This document shows positions 8,163-17,752 of a DNA stretch of 64,000 nt, one piece after another. Location of the stretch: positions 1,334 through 65,333 of the forward strand of contig CAMAGI010000003.1 in NCBI GenBank assembly GCA_945833775.1, read 5' to 3'. Source of the stretch: an uncultured Lachnospiraceae bacterium (GTDB taxonomy: Bacteria; Bacillota; Clostridia; Lachnospirales; Lachnospiraceae). Position numbers and translations under genes: made by a program. Under the pieces are notes generated by a model, which was not told where the DNA came from, did no database searches, and saw only the letters and a program-made list of their open reading frames with translations. The first letter of the stretch is position 1. Each line of letters begins with the position of its first letter.

Positions 8163-11135
8163 ATGAAACTTGCGAGCATTTTTGAAACGGTTCTCAATAT
8201 GAGTTTGACCGGCAGCATTGTGATTTTGGTGGTCTGCCTTGCACGGCTGCTGCTGAAGCGGGCACCAAAAATCTATTCCTACGCCCTCTGGGCGCTGGTG
8301 CTGTTCCGGCTTCTGTGTCCCGTGGCGATCTCTTCGGAGCTTTCCCTGATCCCAGAGAAGGTCAGCACCGGGTCAGCCCTGAACCAATGGGAAGATGACT
8401 ATGTGGGAGATACCGAAACGATCTTCGATAGTCACCCTCAGTTTCAGACCGCGTTGGACGCCGGGCGGGACCCTATATCTGCCGGGGAAAATGGGCAGTA
8501 TGTGGTGACTGCGCTGGACAAAGTTTCCCAGCCTGCGACGGTGGAAAACCGGATTCTGCCGGTTTTGGCGGTGGTTTGGCTGGTGGGCCTCACAGCCATG
8601 GGGCTGTATGGCGCTGTTTCCTTCCTGAAAATCCGCAGGCAGACCCGGGTTTCCGTTCCTGCGGGAAAGAACGTCTATCTGGCGGACGATGTGCGCTCTC
8701 CCTTTGTGATGGGTGTTTTTCGTCCGAAAATCTACCTGCCCGGAACGCTGGCAGAATCGGAGCGGGAATTCATTCTCTGCCATGAGCAGCACCACATCCG
8801 TCGGGGAGACCCCATTTTCAAGGCATTGGGATTCCTTGCTCTAGCCATTCACTGGTTCAATCCCTTGGTATGGCTGGCTTTTTCCCTTGCCAGCCGGGAT
8901 ATGGAAATGAGTTGCGACGAAGCGGTGATCCGCAAGATGGGGGAGAACGTCCGGGCGGAATATTCCGCAGCCCTGCTGAATCTGGCAACAGGCCGCCGAA
9001 TCGTCTCCGTCACCCCGCTGGCCTTTGGGGAGGGGGATCCGAAAGGACGGATCCGGAATCTGGCGAACTGGAAAAAGCCCGCCTTCTGGGTCGCAGTTGT
9101 CTGCGTCATCCTCTGTGTGGTGCTTGGGGTCTGTCTGCTGACGAATCCGAAGGAAACCTCCGATGTGCCTGTCAATATTTCCTTTGCGGATCTGGATACC
9201 AGCGGTATCACAGAAGTTTCCCTGCAAAACCTCCACAACGGTGTCATTACCTACGTCACAGACCCGGAGGATGTTTCCTCACTCTGCGAATATATCAAGG
9301 GTATTTCCGGCATCAACGGCGGCAGTGCCAAGGGCTACTATGAGGGAACCTTTGGGGTGAGGCTGCTGCACAATTATAAGGAGACCTTTTCCCTCAGCTT
9401 CGGAGATTCCAGCACTTTTTACCACGGGAAAGGCGCCGACGGATATTCCATCCGCTACGAACTTGCGGACCGGGATATCTCCGACGTGACCGCATTTCTC
9501 AGCCAGTATGATTCCTCCGCGCAGGAAGAAAACGCCATCTGGGGCATTACCATGACGCTGGAGAATGTATCTCAGGTGGGAGCCGTCGCTGTTTTTAACG
9601 ATGATGGCAGTGTCAATGGCGTGAATGGTGTGGAAGTGACCTATGGGGACGACCTGTCTCTGGAACGGCAGGAAAACGGAAGCTGGGTCAGCGTGGAGGA
9701 ACTGCCCGGATTTAATCATTATGTCGCGGATTCCAGCCACACCATCCGGGATAGGGAAGGTATGTTCCATGAATGGCAGAGCCGCTATGGAGAACTGACG
9801 GACGGCACCTACCGCATAGGGAAACTACTGACCCTCCGCCGTGGGGACGGCTCCACGGAAGAACAGATGATATACGGAACATTTGCCATCCCGGATTCCA
9901 TTCGAACTACTCCTGCACCATTGGAGGAGCTTCCGGAGATTTACAGTGCCGAGCAGGCCGCGCTGGATGGGTGCTTTGTCAGCGAAGACGGTGTGGCGTG
10001 GCAAAACAAGGAAGCCTTCCAGCAATTTGCGCAGGATGCCGCGAATGGAATCCCCGGTTCTGTCCGCCTGGTCAACTGGCATCATGGTGAGGATGCCCAG
10101 TGGTCAGCCATGGACTTAAGCTTTGATGGAAGAGAGTATCTACTGCAAGGTCTGTCGGACAGCTATACCTTCCGGTACCTGAAGCACTTTACAGGGACGA
10201 AAGACAAAGAGGATGCAGAGTATGACCGCTATGAGTATTACATTCTGGTCAATGATAATTCTGTTACCCTGCAGGATATCCATTCCGGAAAGCTGGATAT
10301 GAGCTATTGGGCGACCCCGACATACTGGACAGTCTATGCGGATTATACCTATCTGCCCGACCATCCCGAACTTCCGGATAATATCAACTATGCCCGTCTG
10401 GAATTTCTGGATGAGGAACTTGTGCTGGTCACCAATCCCGACTATCTGGAAAAGCTCATCTGGATGTTTGAAAACGCGGAATATCTGGGCTATGAGCCAA
10501 AGACCCACAGCATCGGCACGGGGCTGAATCTGATCTTTACCGCAGGGGATGAGGATTACGTCATTGAACTGGATTTGGACAATGATGTGTGCCGGATTGA
10601 CGAGGAATATGTCTTTTATGGCGCGCCCGACGAGCCAAACTACCTCTACAAGGTCTGGGAGTGCCTCGGCATCACCCGCTGGCCGGATATCGTCTATCAG
10701 GTATATCCCAACGCCCTAAGACCAGGCGAATCTGTTTTCGAGACGCTTCCCTTTGACTTTCTGCTTCCTGACGGGTATACCACGCAATACAAATCCAGCA
10801 AAGAAGTTTCTATTGTTATGGATAATCAGATCATTGGCGGCATAATTGACACAGGCCTTGAAGCAAGCTGTATTACAGATACGGAAAGCGGCGAAGCAGA
10901 CGCATTCTTAAACTCCATCGTATCTCCTCCAATCCGTGCGCAATATTTTGCAAACGTTTGGGACAATAAACTTTATGTATCCCTCACACTTGAAAATTTT
11001 GAAACCGGGGAGCAGCAGGAGCAGTCCCATTGTTTGTTTGAATCGGAGTCGGAATGCTTTGATATTTGGGTCGATAGAGCATTGGTTGATGATGAAGATA
11101 GAGACTTTTTGTTCAAAACCGTAGCAAGCCAATAA
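8163..11135 (+). CDS. M56 (BlaR1-like) metallopeptidase sensor with long modular extracellular tail
   Basis: SPFVMGVFRPKIYLP, HEQHH (HExxH), HWFNPLVW, EMSCDE. About 660 aa follow the last TM helix. Confidence 0.9.
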   Translation: MKLASIFETVLNMSLTGSIVILVVCLARLLLKRAPKIYSYALWALVLFRLLCPVAISSELSLIPEKVSTGSALNQWEDDYVGDTETIFDSHPQFQTALDAGRDPISAGENGQYVVTALDKVSQPATVENRILPVLAVVWLVGLTAMGLYGAVSFLKIRRQTRVSVPAGKNVYLADDVRSPFVMGVFRPKIYLPGTLAESEREFILCHEQHHIRRGDPIFKALGFLALAIHWFNPLVWLAFSLASRDMEMSCDEAVIRKMGENVRAEYSAALLNLATGRRIVSVTPLAFGEGDPKGRIRNLANWKKPAFWVAVVCVILCVVLGVCLLTNPKETSDVPVNISFADLDTSGITEVSLQNLHNGVITYVTDPEDVSSLCEYIKGISGINGGSAKGYYEGTFGVRLLHNYKETFSLSFGDSSTFYHGKGADGYSIRYELADRDISDVTAFLSQYDSSAQEENAIWGITMTLENVSQVGAVAVFNDDGSVNGVNGVEVTYGDDLSLERQENGSWVSVEELPGFNHYVADSSHTIRDREGMFHEWQSRYGELTDGTYRIGKLLTLRRGDGSTEEQMIYGTFAIPDSIRTTPAPLEELPEIYSAEQAALDGCFVSEDGVAWQNKEAFQQFAQDAANGIPGSVRLVNWHHGEDAQWSAMDLSFDGREYLLQGLSDSYTFRYLKHFTGTKDKEDAEYDRYEYYILVNDNSVTLQDIHSGKLDMSYWATPTYWTVYADYTYLPDHPELPDNINYARLEFLDEELVLVTNPDYLEKLIWMFENAEYLGYEPKTHSIGTGLNLIFTAGDEDYVIELDLDNDVCRIDEEYVFYGAPDEPNYLYKVWECLGITRWPDIVYQVYPNALRPGESVFETLPFDFLLPDGYTTQYKSSKEVSIVMDNQIIGGIIDTGLEASCITDTESGEADAFLNSIVSPPIRAQYFANVWDNKLYVSLTLENFETGEQQEQSHCLFESESECFDIWVDRALVDDEDRDFLFKTVASQ

Positions 11136-11177
11136 CTGCTCCGATATCCCAACGCCCTCAAGCCATAAGGACATAAC

Positions 11178-11216
11178 AGCGGCACGGAAGGGGAGAGGCT
11201 CCCTTTCCGTGCCGCT
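11178..11216. terminator. Hairpin between convergent genes
   Basis: AGCGGCACGGAAGGGGAG / CTCCCTTTCCGTGCCGCT. Confidence 0.7.
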
Positions 11217-11257
11217 ACATTATTAAGTCATCCTTCTGCTGTTTCGGTAGTGCGTGT

Positions 11258-12412
11258 TTACCCAAGGGGGACGTAATAGTAGGGTCTGTCAACCCGGTAT
11301 CCGTTTTCGTTCAGATCGTAACCGGCGTAGAAGTACATACCCGCGATCTGCTCCGGGTCAAGGACGGTAGACAGATTTGTGCTTACTGTGGTCACAAGTT
11401 GATTCTCCTCGTCCCAACGACCAGCGCCACCGCCAATTTCGTACAGATCCGTACCATCTTTCAGGCGTACCCCTGCAGGTGTGATCGACCAGCCTGTTTT
11501 TTCCTGGAAGTCCTTCGCGTCTTTGTATTTGTCATCCAACCGGTAAGTGGTTTTCATGCTGTATTGTCCGATCTCCGCTTCTACCAGCGTTACGCCCCAG
11601 TCTCCGATTTCGGCATTGGGGGTCCAGGTTTTCGGTTCTTCGGTACTGCCTTCCAGCGTCCAAGTCAGCTCCCAGGTACCGGGGACAGTCACGGTTTCTG
11701 GGTCTTCAAACCGCTCTCCCTGGATTCCGAACCCGGTGAAGGTAATGGTCATCTCCTTGCCAAAGTACCGTCCGTCTGATTCCGGGAAGTCGAAGTCGAT
11801 ACTGTACTCGATATTTCCTTCATTATCCTGGTAATCCGGCACCAGTTCCTGATTTTCGCCCTTTGTGGAGATCGGTTCGCCGTTCTTTGCGTAAACTGCC
11901 TCACCGTTTTCGTTCAGGGTCATGCCATTGAAAAAATGTGCGGCGGAACTCCAATGCACATCTTCTCCGTCCACGGTGTAATCCCACCAGCACCAGGGCT
12001 TTTCCCCTTCCGGCAGGTCAAAGCCGGAAATGCGGAACACAACCGTGCCGCCGTACTGGTCCATCATTGTTTGAGCAACGGTGACGGTGATGCCCTGATC
12101 TGTCGCGGAGACGGCGGCCCCGTCTGCTGTTTCTTTGGGGACCACAGACAGTCCGGTCTTTTCCGCCTGCTGTTTGATCTGCTCAGAAGGCTGGGGGGAC
12201 CAGGGATTGCGGTACTCCATAGAATTGGACCAACGGGTGTACACCGCCGCACCGGTGAGCGTTCCCATGATCAAAGTCGCGGCAATCAAAATCAGGAATC
12301 CTTTTTTCTTTGTCATATGGCCCTTTCCTTTCTGAAATTCACCAAATTCACCTTCCTCAATGAGGTCGGCATCCAAATCTTCCATATCCATAAGCATCTG
12401 CTTTCCTGTCAT
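11258..12412 (-). CDS. Anti-sigma-like membrane protein (DUF4179-like)
   Basis: Start MTGKQMLMDMEDLDADLIEEG overlaps the sigma stop; TM helix; extracellular part paralogous to 6501..7679. Confidence 0.75.
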   Translation of the reverse strand: MTGKQMLMDMEDLDADLIEEGEFGEFQKGKGHMTKKKGFLILIAATLIMGTLTGAAVYTRWSNSMEYRNPWSPQPSEQIKQQAEKTGLSVVPKETADGAAVSATDQGITVTVAQTMMDQYGGTVVFRISGFDLPEGEKPWCWWDYTVDGEDVHWSSAAHFFNGMTLNENGEAVYAKNGEPISTKGENQELVPDYQDNEGNIEYSIDFDFPESDGRYFGKEMTITFTGFGIQGERFEDPETVTVPGTWELTWTLEGSTEEPKTWTPNAEIGDWGVTLVEAEIGQYSMKTTYRLDDKYKDAKDFQEKTGWSITPAGVRLKDGTDLYEIGGGAGRWDEENQLVTTVSTNLSTVLDPEQIAGMYFYAGYDLNENGYRVDRPYYYVPLG

Positions 12413-12963
12413 ACCGGAATTCCCTCCTTTTTTAAGTACGCTGCAAGCTTGTCCCTTGTTCTGCGCAGCCGCATGGTGACGGCGCTTTCGCTGATGCCGT
12501 ACCGCTGGGCAATTTCCCTGACCGTATCGGCATACCAATACCGGCGCAGGAAGATCAGTCGGTTTTCCTGAGGCTGTGTCCTTAAGAATGCGCTTAGGAT
12601 CCGGCTCAGCTCACGGCTATCCAATTCTGCGTTCTGCCAGGAGCCTGGAATGCATTCCTCCATTTCCTGTGTCAGGGATACCACCTCTGCCTTGCGCTTG
12701 GCAGCATTTTTCCAGTCCAGGATGGCAAACGCTGCATGGCGGCAGATCTTCGAAAGGTATGCGTAGAAATGCTGTGGCCGGGTGGGCGGAATGGTTTCCC
12801 ATGCTTTCAGGTAGGTATCGTTGACGCTTTCTTCCGCGTCTTCCTGACTGCAAAGCAGGTGAGATGCCATGTTCAGCAGCCGAGATCCATATTTGTTTGT
12901 AGTCTGCTGGATCGCATCTTCATTTCGTTCGAAGAACAGGTTTACGATTTGTTCGTCAGTCAT
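12409..12963 (-). CDS. ECF sigma-70 factor
   Basis: MTDEQIVNLFFERNEDAI, DAEESVNDTYLKAW, IFLRRYWYAD...EIA; RBS GGAGGTG. Confidence 0.9.
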   Translation of the reverse strand: MTDEQIVNLFFERNEDAIQQTTNKYGSRLLNMASHLLCSQEDAEESVNDTYLKAWETIPPTRPQHFYAYLSKICRHAAFAILDWKNAAKRKAEVVSLTQEMEECIPGSWQNAELDSRELSRILSAFLRTQPQENRLIFLRRYWYADTVREIAQRYGISESAVTMRLRRTRDKLAAYLKKEGIPV

Positions 12964-13074
12964 TGGTTTCACCTCCAAACGTGATTTGTTCCTCACCCTT
13001 ATAGAGGGATTCCCGCTTGGGAATCTAACGGGAATTTGACAAAATATTTTTTCTATTATATCATTCCTGCAATG

Positions 13075-13115
13075 AAAAATGGAGCAGTGGTTATAGAATC
13101 CACTGCTCCATTTTT
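13075..13115. terminator. Intrinsic terminator hairpin
   Basis: AAAAATGGAGCAGTGG / CCACTGCTCCATTTTT. Confidence 0.8.
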
Positions 13116-13118
13116 GTG

Positions 13119-13230
13119 GTGCGCCCAGTGAGCGTACGTTCTATAGGGTTAAAGATCCAAATCCGTCAGCTAGCTGGAAGGGGTAGCCAAAGATAAGGGG
13201 GACCGATGTGAGGTGAAATCCGAAGAAAGT
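13119..13230 (+). mobile_element. Degenerate 5' fragment of a group IIC intron (domain I)
   Basis: Starts GTGCGCCCAG 3 nt after a terminator U-tract; contains TAGCCAAAGATAAGGG...GTGAGGTGAAATCCGAAGAAAG. No RT ORF. Confidence 0.6.
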
Positions 13231-13278
13231 ATGTAGTGTTCTTCGATTGAAACAAACTCACGCTTCTCGCTTCTTTGT

Positions 13279-14004
13279 TTAAGCCGTTTGCCTTTTTTCG
13301 GCAGTCTTTGCGGTGCTGTTTGGAATCCCCAAAATCCAAAACAGGGCACCGAACAATGTATAGATAAAAGGAGCTTTCCGTGTCAACTTGATAATGAAGA
13401 ATGCTATCTCCTGATATACGGGAATGCGAGGGAATATCATTTCAACGGAAGAGTATAATAGTGAACAAACCTGAGCAATTATGATAAAAATGACATAGGG
13501 AAGTGTAAGGGTAATCCATAATCCAAAGATTATGAGCGCTGATATCCTGATTGCCTTCAAATGCTTGATTCTGGGCTGATGGAGATTGCAAAAAATGCCC
13601 AATAGCTGCATGAGTGTCCATCCAAAGATGAACATTACGATTGGAAGTAATACCAACTCGTTGAGGAGCCATGTTTGATAGTATTTGTAGGGGAGATAAT
13701 CCGAAATGATAATATTGATTATCAAGTATAATCCCCCCGTTAATAAGAGAAGGAATACCGATATTGCAAGCCGCTTGTATGCTGCTTTCTTACTTTCTGG
13801 AACGGGTGGACCATAAATCAGAGTATTGACATCTGTGTCAAATATTTCGGCAATTCTGACCAGCATATCCAAATCAGGCCGTGATCTCCCGTTTTCGTAG
13901 TTTGATACAGTTTGCCGTGTAACATATAGAGCATCAGCAAGGGAATCCTGTGTCATGTTTTTTGACAGCCTAATCTGTTTGATATTTTTACCAACGTCTC
14001 TCAT
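13279..14004 (-). CDS. XRE-family HTH regulator with C-terminal TM helices
   Basis: NIKQIRLSKNMTQDSLADALYVTRQTVSNYENGRSRPD followed by four hydrophobic segments. Confidence 0.85.
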   Translation of the reverse strand: MRDVGKNIKQIRLSKNMTQDSLADALYVTRQTVSNYENGRSRPDLDMLVRIAEIFDTDVNTLIYGPPVPESKKAAYKRLAISVFLLLLTGGLYLIINIIISDYLPYKYYQTWLLNELVLLPIVMFIFGWTLMQLLGIFCNLHQPRIKHLKAIRISALIIFGLWITLTLPYVIFIIIAQVCSLLYSSVEMIFPRIPVYQEIAFFIIKLTRKAPFIYTLFGALFWILGIPNSTAKTAEKRQTA

Positions 14005-14207
14005 TGCAATCACCTCACGGCTATTGTACCAACGGACAGATGAAACAACAAGCAAAGATGCTTTTACATGGCCGAAAATAGTAAGAAACAGCACATTATT
14101 CCGTTCCCTGTAAGTAGAGTTATGACATCGAAACCGAGAGGAACACCCTGCGTAAAATTGAATTCACTTAAACCGGCGATGTTTTCTTCGTGCATATAAA
14201 ATGCCGC

Positions 14208-15203
14208 TCACCGACCACAGCATTTCTTATATTTCTTTCCGCTGCCGCAGGGACAAGGATCATTTCTGCCGATTTTGACGGTCTTGGGAGTTCCCTTGGG
14301 CGCAGCATCATTGATTTCCCTTAAAAGGCTGAACCGCAGATCCTCATTTGGAAAATTGGCAGTTAACACGCTTTGCCGAAACTGCTCGGCATCGATTGTA
14401 CCGTCAGAGAGTCCCTTCCGAATGTTTGGCCCAAGAGAAATGGCTTTGGGAATGCGGTTTTCCGGCGGCTGTATGGCACGAAGTTCCATGGGGGTATACC
14501 CTCTGTTGCATTGCATTCGCGTCTGGTTATGAAATTGCTGGTAGAGCTTTGCAAATGCCTGAATGTCCCGGTCCCTTTGGAAGGATATTCCCATGTCCTG
14601 CAGCCGGGAGATTACCTGCGTCAAGTCCGCGCCCATGCATCGTGTGCCGAACAGAATCTCAACGAATACGTCATCTGCTTCCTGCTCGCTCAGCTTCAGC
14701 CTGTTCAGAAGGAAGGCTTTCAGTTCGTTGGTCTCACTGGATGGCTCAACATAGAAAGGGTCATCATAAGCAAGCAGGTTTGCTTTCGGCGGGACATAGT
14801 AGGGCTTCCCGCGCTGCATTTGCTGCACTATATGGTAGGCATCCGGATCATCGTCCAGCAGGGAAGTGTCTATGATTTCCCGGTCCAGTGCATCCTTCAG
14901 CTTTCCATCGATATACAGCTCATCTGCACCGAGAATATGGTAGTCCTCACATTCATGCCGCGCGATCTCCGAGAACGCAAGGAACTCGTCCAGACAAACG
15001 AGTCTGGGATTTTGGGATGATATGATATCATAGGCTTTCCGCAGAGGGATAATTCCGTACAAATTGGCCATCGCGTTGAAGTATTTGCGAAGGGTACGGA
15101 ACGTAGTGTCTTTCAGAGGAATTTCCCGGTATAGCCTGTTTAACTCCCTGCGTGAGTATATTTCGGGCATTTTTATGTAGGAACCCATTTTATCGTCTGG
15201 CAT
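14208..15203 (-). CDS. SEC-C metal-binding domain protein
   Basis: C-terminus KIGRNDPCPCGSGKKYKKCCG; RBS AAGGAG. Confidence 0.85.
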   Translation of the reverse strand: MPDDKMGSYIKMPEIYSRRELNRLYREIPLKDTTFRTLRKYFNAMANLYGIIPLRKAYDIISSQNPRLVCLDEFLAFSEIARHECEDYHILGADELYIDGKLKDALDREIIDTSLLDDDPDAYHIVQQMQRGKPYYVPPKANLLAYDDPFYVEPSSETNELKAFLLNRLKLSEQEADDVFVEILFGTRCMGADLTQVISRLQDMGISFQRDRDIQAFAKLYQQFHNQTRMQCNRGYTPMELRAIQPPENRIPKAISLGPNIRKGLSDGTIDAEQFRQSVLTANFPNEDLRFSLLREINDAAPKGTPKTVKIGRNDPCPCGSGKKYKKCCGR

Positions 15204-15314
15204 ATTGTGATCTCCTTGCGCGCTGAGCATTCTACTGATCGAATTGATATTATTGTAAACCATATAGAGTGCGAATTGCAAGGATATTTATAGATTTTTT
15301 CACAAGAAAACAAA

Positions 15315-15350
15315 GGCACGGAAGGGGAGTGGTTCGCTCTCTTCCGTGCC
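15315..15350 (-). terminator. Hairpin, probable terminator
   Basis: GGCACGGAAGGGGAG...CTCTCTTCCGTGCC; 15-bp left arm identical to the 11181 hairpin. Confidence 0.65.
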
Positions 15351-15370
15351 ATTTTTATGGAATTTAATTA

Positions 15371-15685
15371 TCAGTCATCCCAGGTATGGTTCGCAAAATA
15401 CTGATCCAATTCCCTGGAATAGCGGTAGCGGATATTACCGATTTTCTCGCCATTCAAAATAGCGGAGTGCGCTTTTTGCGCAATGTCGCGAACCTCAGAA
15501 ATGCCGCATACCATTTCGTCGTGGATCATAATTGCAAACACTGCGTCCGGATACTGGGCATTCACCGCATTGCGCTCAGCCGGCCTTGCGCTTAAGACCT
15601 CGTCCATACCAGAGATTTTTTGATAGGCAATTCTCTCCCGGTCGGTGTAGTAACGGATTGACGCTGCCGCCATACTCATTTTCAT
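15371..15685 (-). CDS. Hypothetical protein
   Basis: ORF with RBS AAAGGGAG and a downstream hairpin. Confidence 0.6.
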   Translation of the reverse strand: MKMSMAAASIRYYTDRERIAYQKISGMDEVLSARPAERNAVNAQYPDAVFAIMIHDEMVCGISEVRDIAQKAHSAILNGEKIGNIRYRYSRELDQYFANHTWDD

Positions 15686-15975
15686 CTCTCCCTTTGCACG
15701 CACTGACTTGCATTATACCACGAAAAAAGATTAACTCAAGACCTTGACATTTTGCGAAAGGTGGATATAGGAGCGCCGAGCAGCCATACTCCTCGCTTCG
15801 ATGTTCCAAAGAAAAGAGAAAGAATACTACTAAAATCAACACTATTTTTCATGAATAAGGTACAATTAACGAAATCTTAATATTGGTAAAAGAAGGAAAG
15901 ATTGAAAAGAAGGGCATAGAATGATAAAATAATGATGCTGATAAGTTGGAATTTGATGCTAAGGAGGATGCCTGT

Positions 15976-16713
15976 ATGAAGAAGAAAGCAATCATCATCG
16001 TGTGCCTTGTTGCTGCCGTTTTGGCAGTTGTAGCTGTGCTCCTGTTTATGAACGCTCCGGTTGAAATTCCATCAAAGGAGATGGCGTACCTCCAGCTTGA
16101 TACCAAAGGTGAAGAATTTGTGCTGGAACAGATAAAAGGTGTGCCCAGGGAGCGCCTGATTGAATGCTGGGGGGAGCCTGACGGTGGGCTGTTTGGTTTC
16201 TTTGGCGATATTTGGGAAATTTCGGAAGATGAATGCATCGTTGTGTATTACTCCGACAATGCCGAAGTTGAGGAAATTCGGCTCAATCGAGGAAACAAGG
16301 ATAATGACGATTCCGTGGACAATTTTCCTGAAAACTACGGCATCGGCTTATCCGCGGAAAATGTTTCTGACACAAGCCTGACCTTGGCCTTTGAAAATAC
16401 CTCCTTGCCGGCGGGAAGTGTTTCCATAGGCAGAAATTTTGCGATCCAGGTTTTTGAAAATGGGGAATGGAAAGAATTAGAGCCAAAAACGGAGCCTGTA
16501 TTCCTTACGGATGCTCTGGTTCCAACGGATAACAAATGGTCGGTGGACATTGATTGGGAGTGGCTCTACGGGCAATTGCCCGCTGGCAGATACAGAATTT
16601 CTCAAAGCGTAAGAGTGTCCACTGGCTTTATTGGTACTTCGGCAAGTTATCAGGAAGAAGAAAACTTCACAATGTGGGCTGAATTTGATATTGATCAACA
16701 GATGGAGGAATAA
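15976..16713 (+). CDS. Membrane-anchored protein with C-terminal Ig-like domain
   Basis: RBS AAGGAGG; N-terminal TM; LSAENVS...ENGEW...DWEWLYGQLPAGRYRI resembles a module inside the M56 protein. Confidence 0.7.
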   Translation: MKKKAIIIVCLVAAVLAVVAVLLFMNAPVEIPSKEMAYLQLDTKGEEFVLEQIKGVPRERLIECWGEPDGGLFGFFGDIWEISEDECIVVYYSDNAEVEEIRLNRGNKDNDDSVDNFPENYGIGLSAENVSDTSLTLAFENTSLPAGSVSIGRNFAIQVFENGEWKELEPKTEPVFLTDALVPTDNKWSVDIDWEWLYGQLPAGRYRISQSVRVSTGFIGTSASYQEEENFTMWAEFDIDQQMEE

Positions 16714-16717
16714 TGCT

Positions 16718-17224
16718 ATGAAAAGGATATTCGCAATTATTTTAGGATTGACGTTTGTGCTGACATTGACCGGATGCGGATTAGTTGACAGATTTGAAAT
16801 CAGTCACGGAACTTCGGAGCCAAATGCTACAGAGGGGTACTTTCGTGACATCAAGAATTGGTGTGGCGCAGTTGTGGGCACATCTTATGAACAGGCAACA
16901 AATGAAGTCAATATGACCGTCACTGCGACCGCTAATGAACTGTCTGTCCGGGCATCCTTCGTCGATCCCAGTGTGGCACCTTATAGTGAGGCTGAGAAGC
17001 TGGGTATCGCTGAATATCAGATCATTGATACAAGCGGAAAGACTGTAAAGGAAGGCGCTGCTGAAACTGCTGAAATTGTCAATGGACAGGCAGATATCAA
17101 TATTATTCTGGATGACATTGGCAGCGGCAACTACGAGTTGATTATTACTGCGCTGGTTGCAGAAAAGAAGGCAGAGCAACCCTTAAACATCAATGGAAAT
17201 TGGGAATGCGAATTCACAGTATGA
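16718..17224 (+). CDS. Lipoprotein
   Basis: RBS GGAGG; lipobox LTGC. Confidence 0.7.
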   Translation: MKRIFAIILGLTFVLTLTGCGLVDRFEISHGTSEPNATEGYFRDIKNWCGAVVGTSYEQATNEVNMTVTATANELSVRASFVDPSVAPYSEAEKLGIAEYQIIDTSGKTVKEGAAETAEIVNGQADINIILDDIGSGNYELIITALVAEKKAEQPLNINGNWECEFTV

Positions 17225-17249
17225 CGCAGATGTTTTGAGGAGCATCTAT

Positions 17250-17666
17250 ATGAAAAAGAAAGTAATCATCATTTTGTGCCTTTCGGTTGCCATCGTGTTG
17301 GCATTGGCTTGGTGTGGAAAAGAGAAAGAAGTTGCAATAGATTACGGAACTTCGGAATTATTCAGCCAAGCCGACATGGATGATGCAATTAAAGAAATTT
17401 TGAAAAAATTCAACACTTTTAAAGGCTGCGAACTGTATTCATTAAGCTATACTTCTGATGAAAGATGCGAAGAGGAATTGGAATATCGCAACAAACATGC
17501 ATCAGAGGGAACAACATACGACGCGTGCATTGTTTTTGATTCCAGCTTTCATTCCCCGGTTTCAAACGCGGGTGCATGGGAGCCAAACACGCTTTATACG
17601 TGGTCCTGGTATTTGGTTCGAACTGACAATAGCAACTGGAAACTGGTGGGCTATGGATATGGCTGA
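17250..17666 (+). CDS. Exported protein, DUF4829-like
   Basis: Signal peptide; IDYGTSELFSQADMDDAI...WSWYLVRTDNSNWKLVGYGY. Confidence 0.65.
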   Translation: MKKKVIIILCLSVAIVLALAWCGKEKEVAIDYGTSELFSQADMDDAIKEILKKFNTFKGCELYSLSYTSDERCEEELEYRNKHASEGTTYDACIVFDSSFHSPVSNAGAWEPNTLYTWSWYLVRTDNSNWKLVGYGYG

Positions 17667-17752
17667 TTTTTTCCCCCTGTGTTTAGGATCGGGAGTGGCG
17701 TTACACATTCTATTTACCTCCTTCAGACATGCTATTACAAATAGGAGATTGG

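Noticed and set aside
84-12412. Diversity-generating retroelement acting on the variable ectodomains
   Set aside because: No reverse transcriptase and no template/variable repeat pair differing at adenines was seen.
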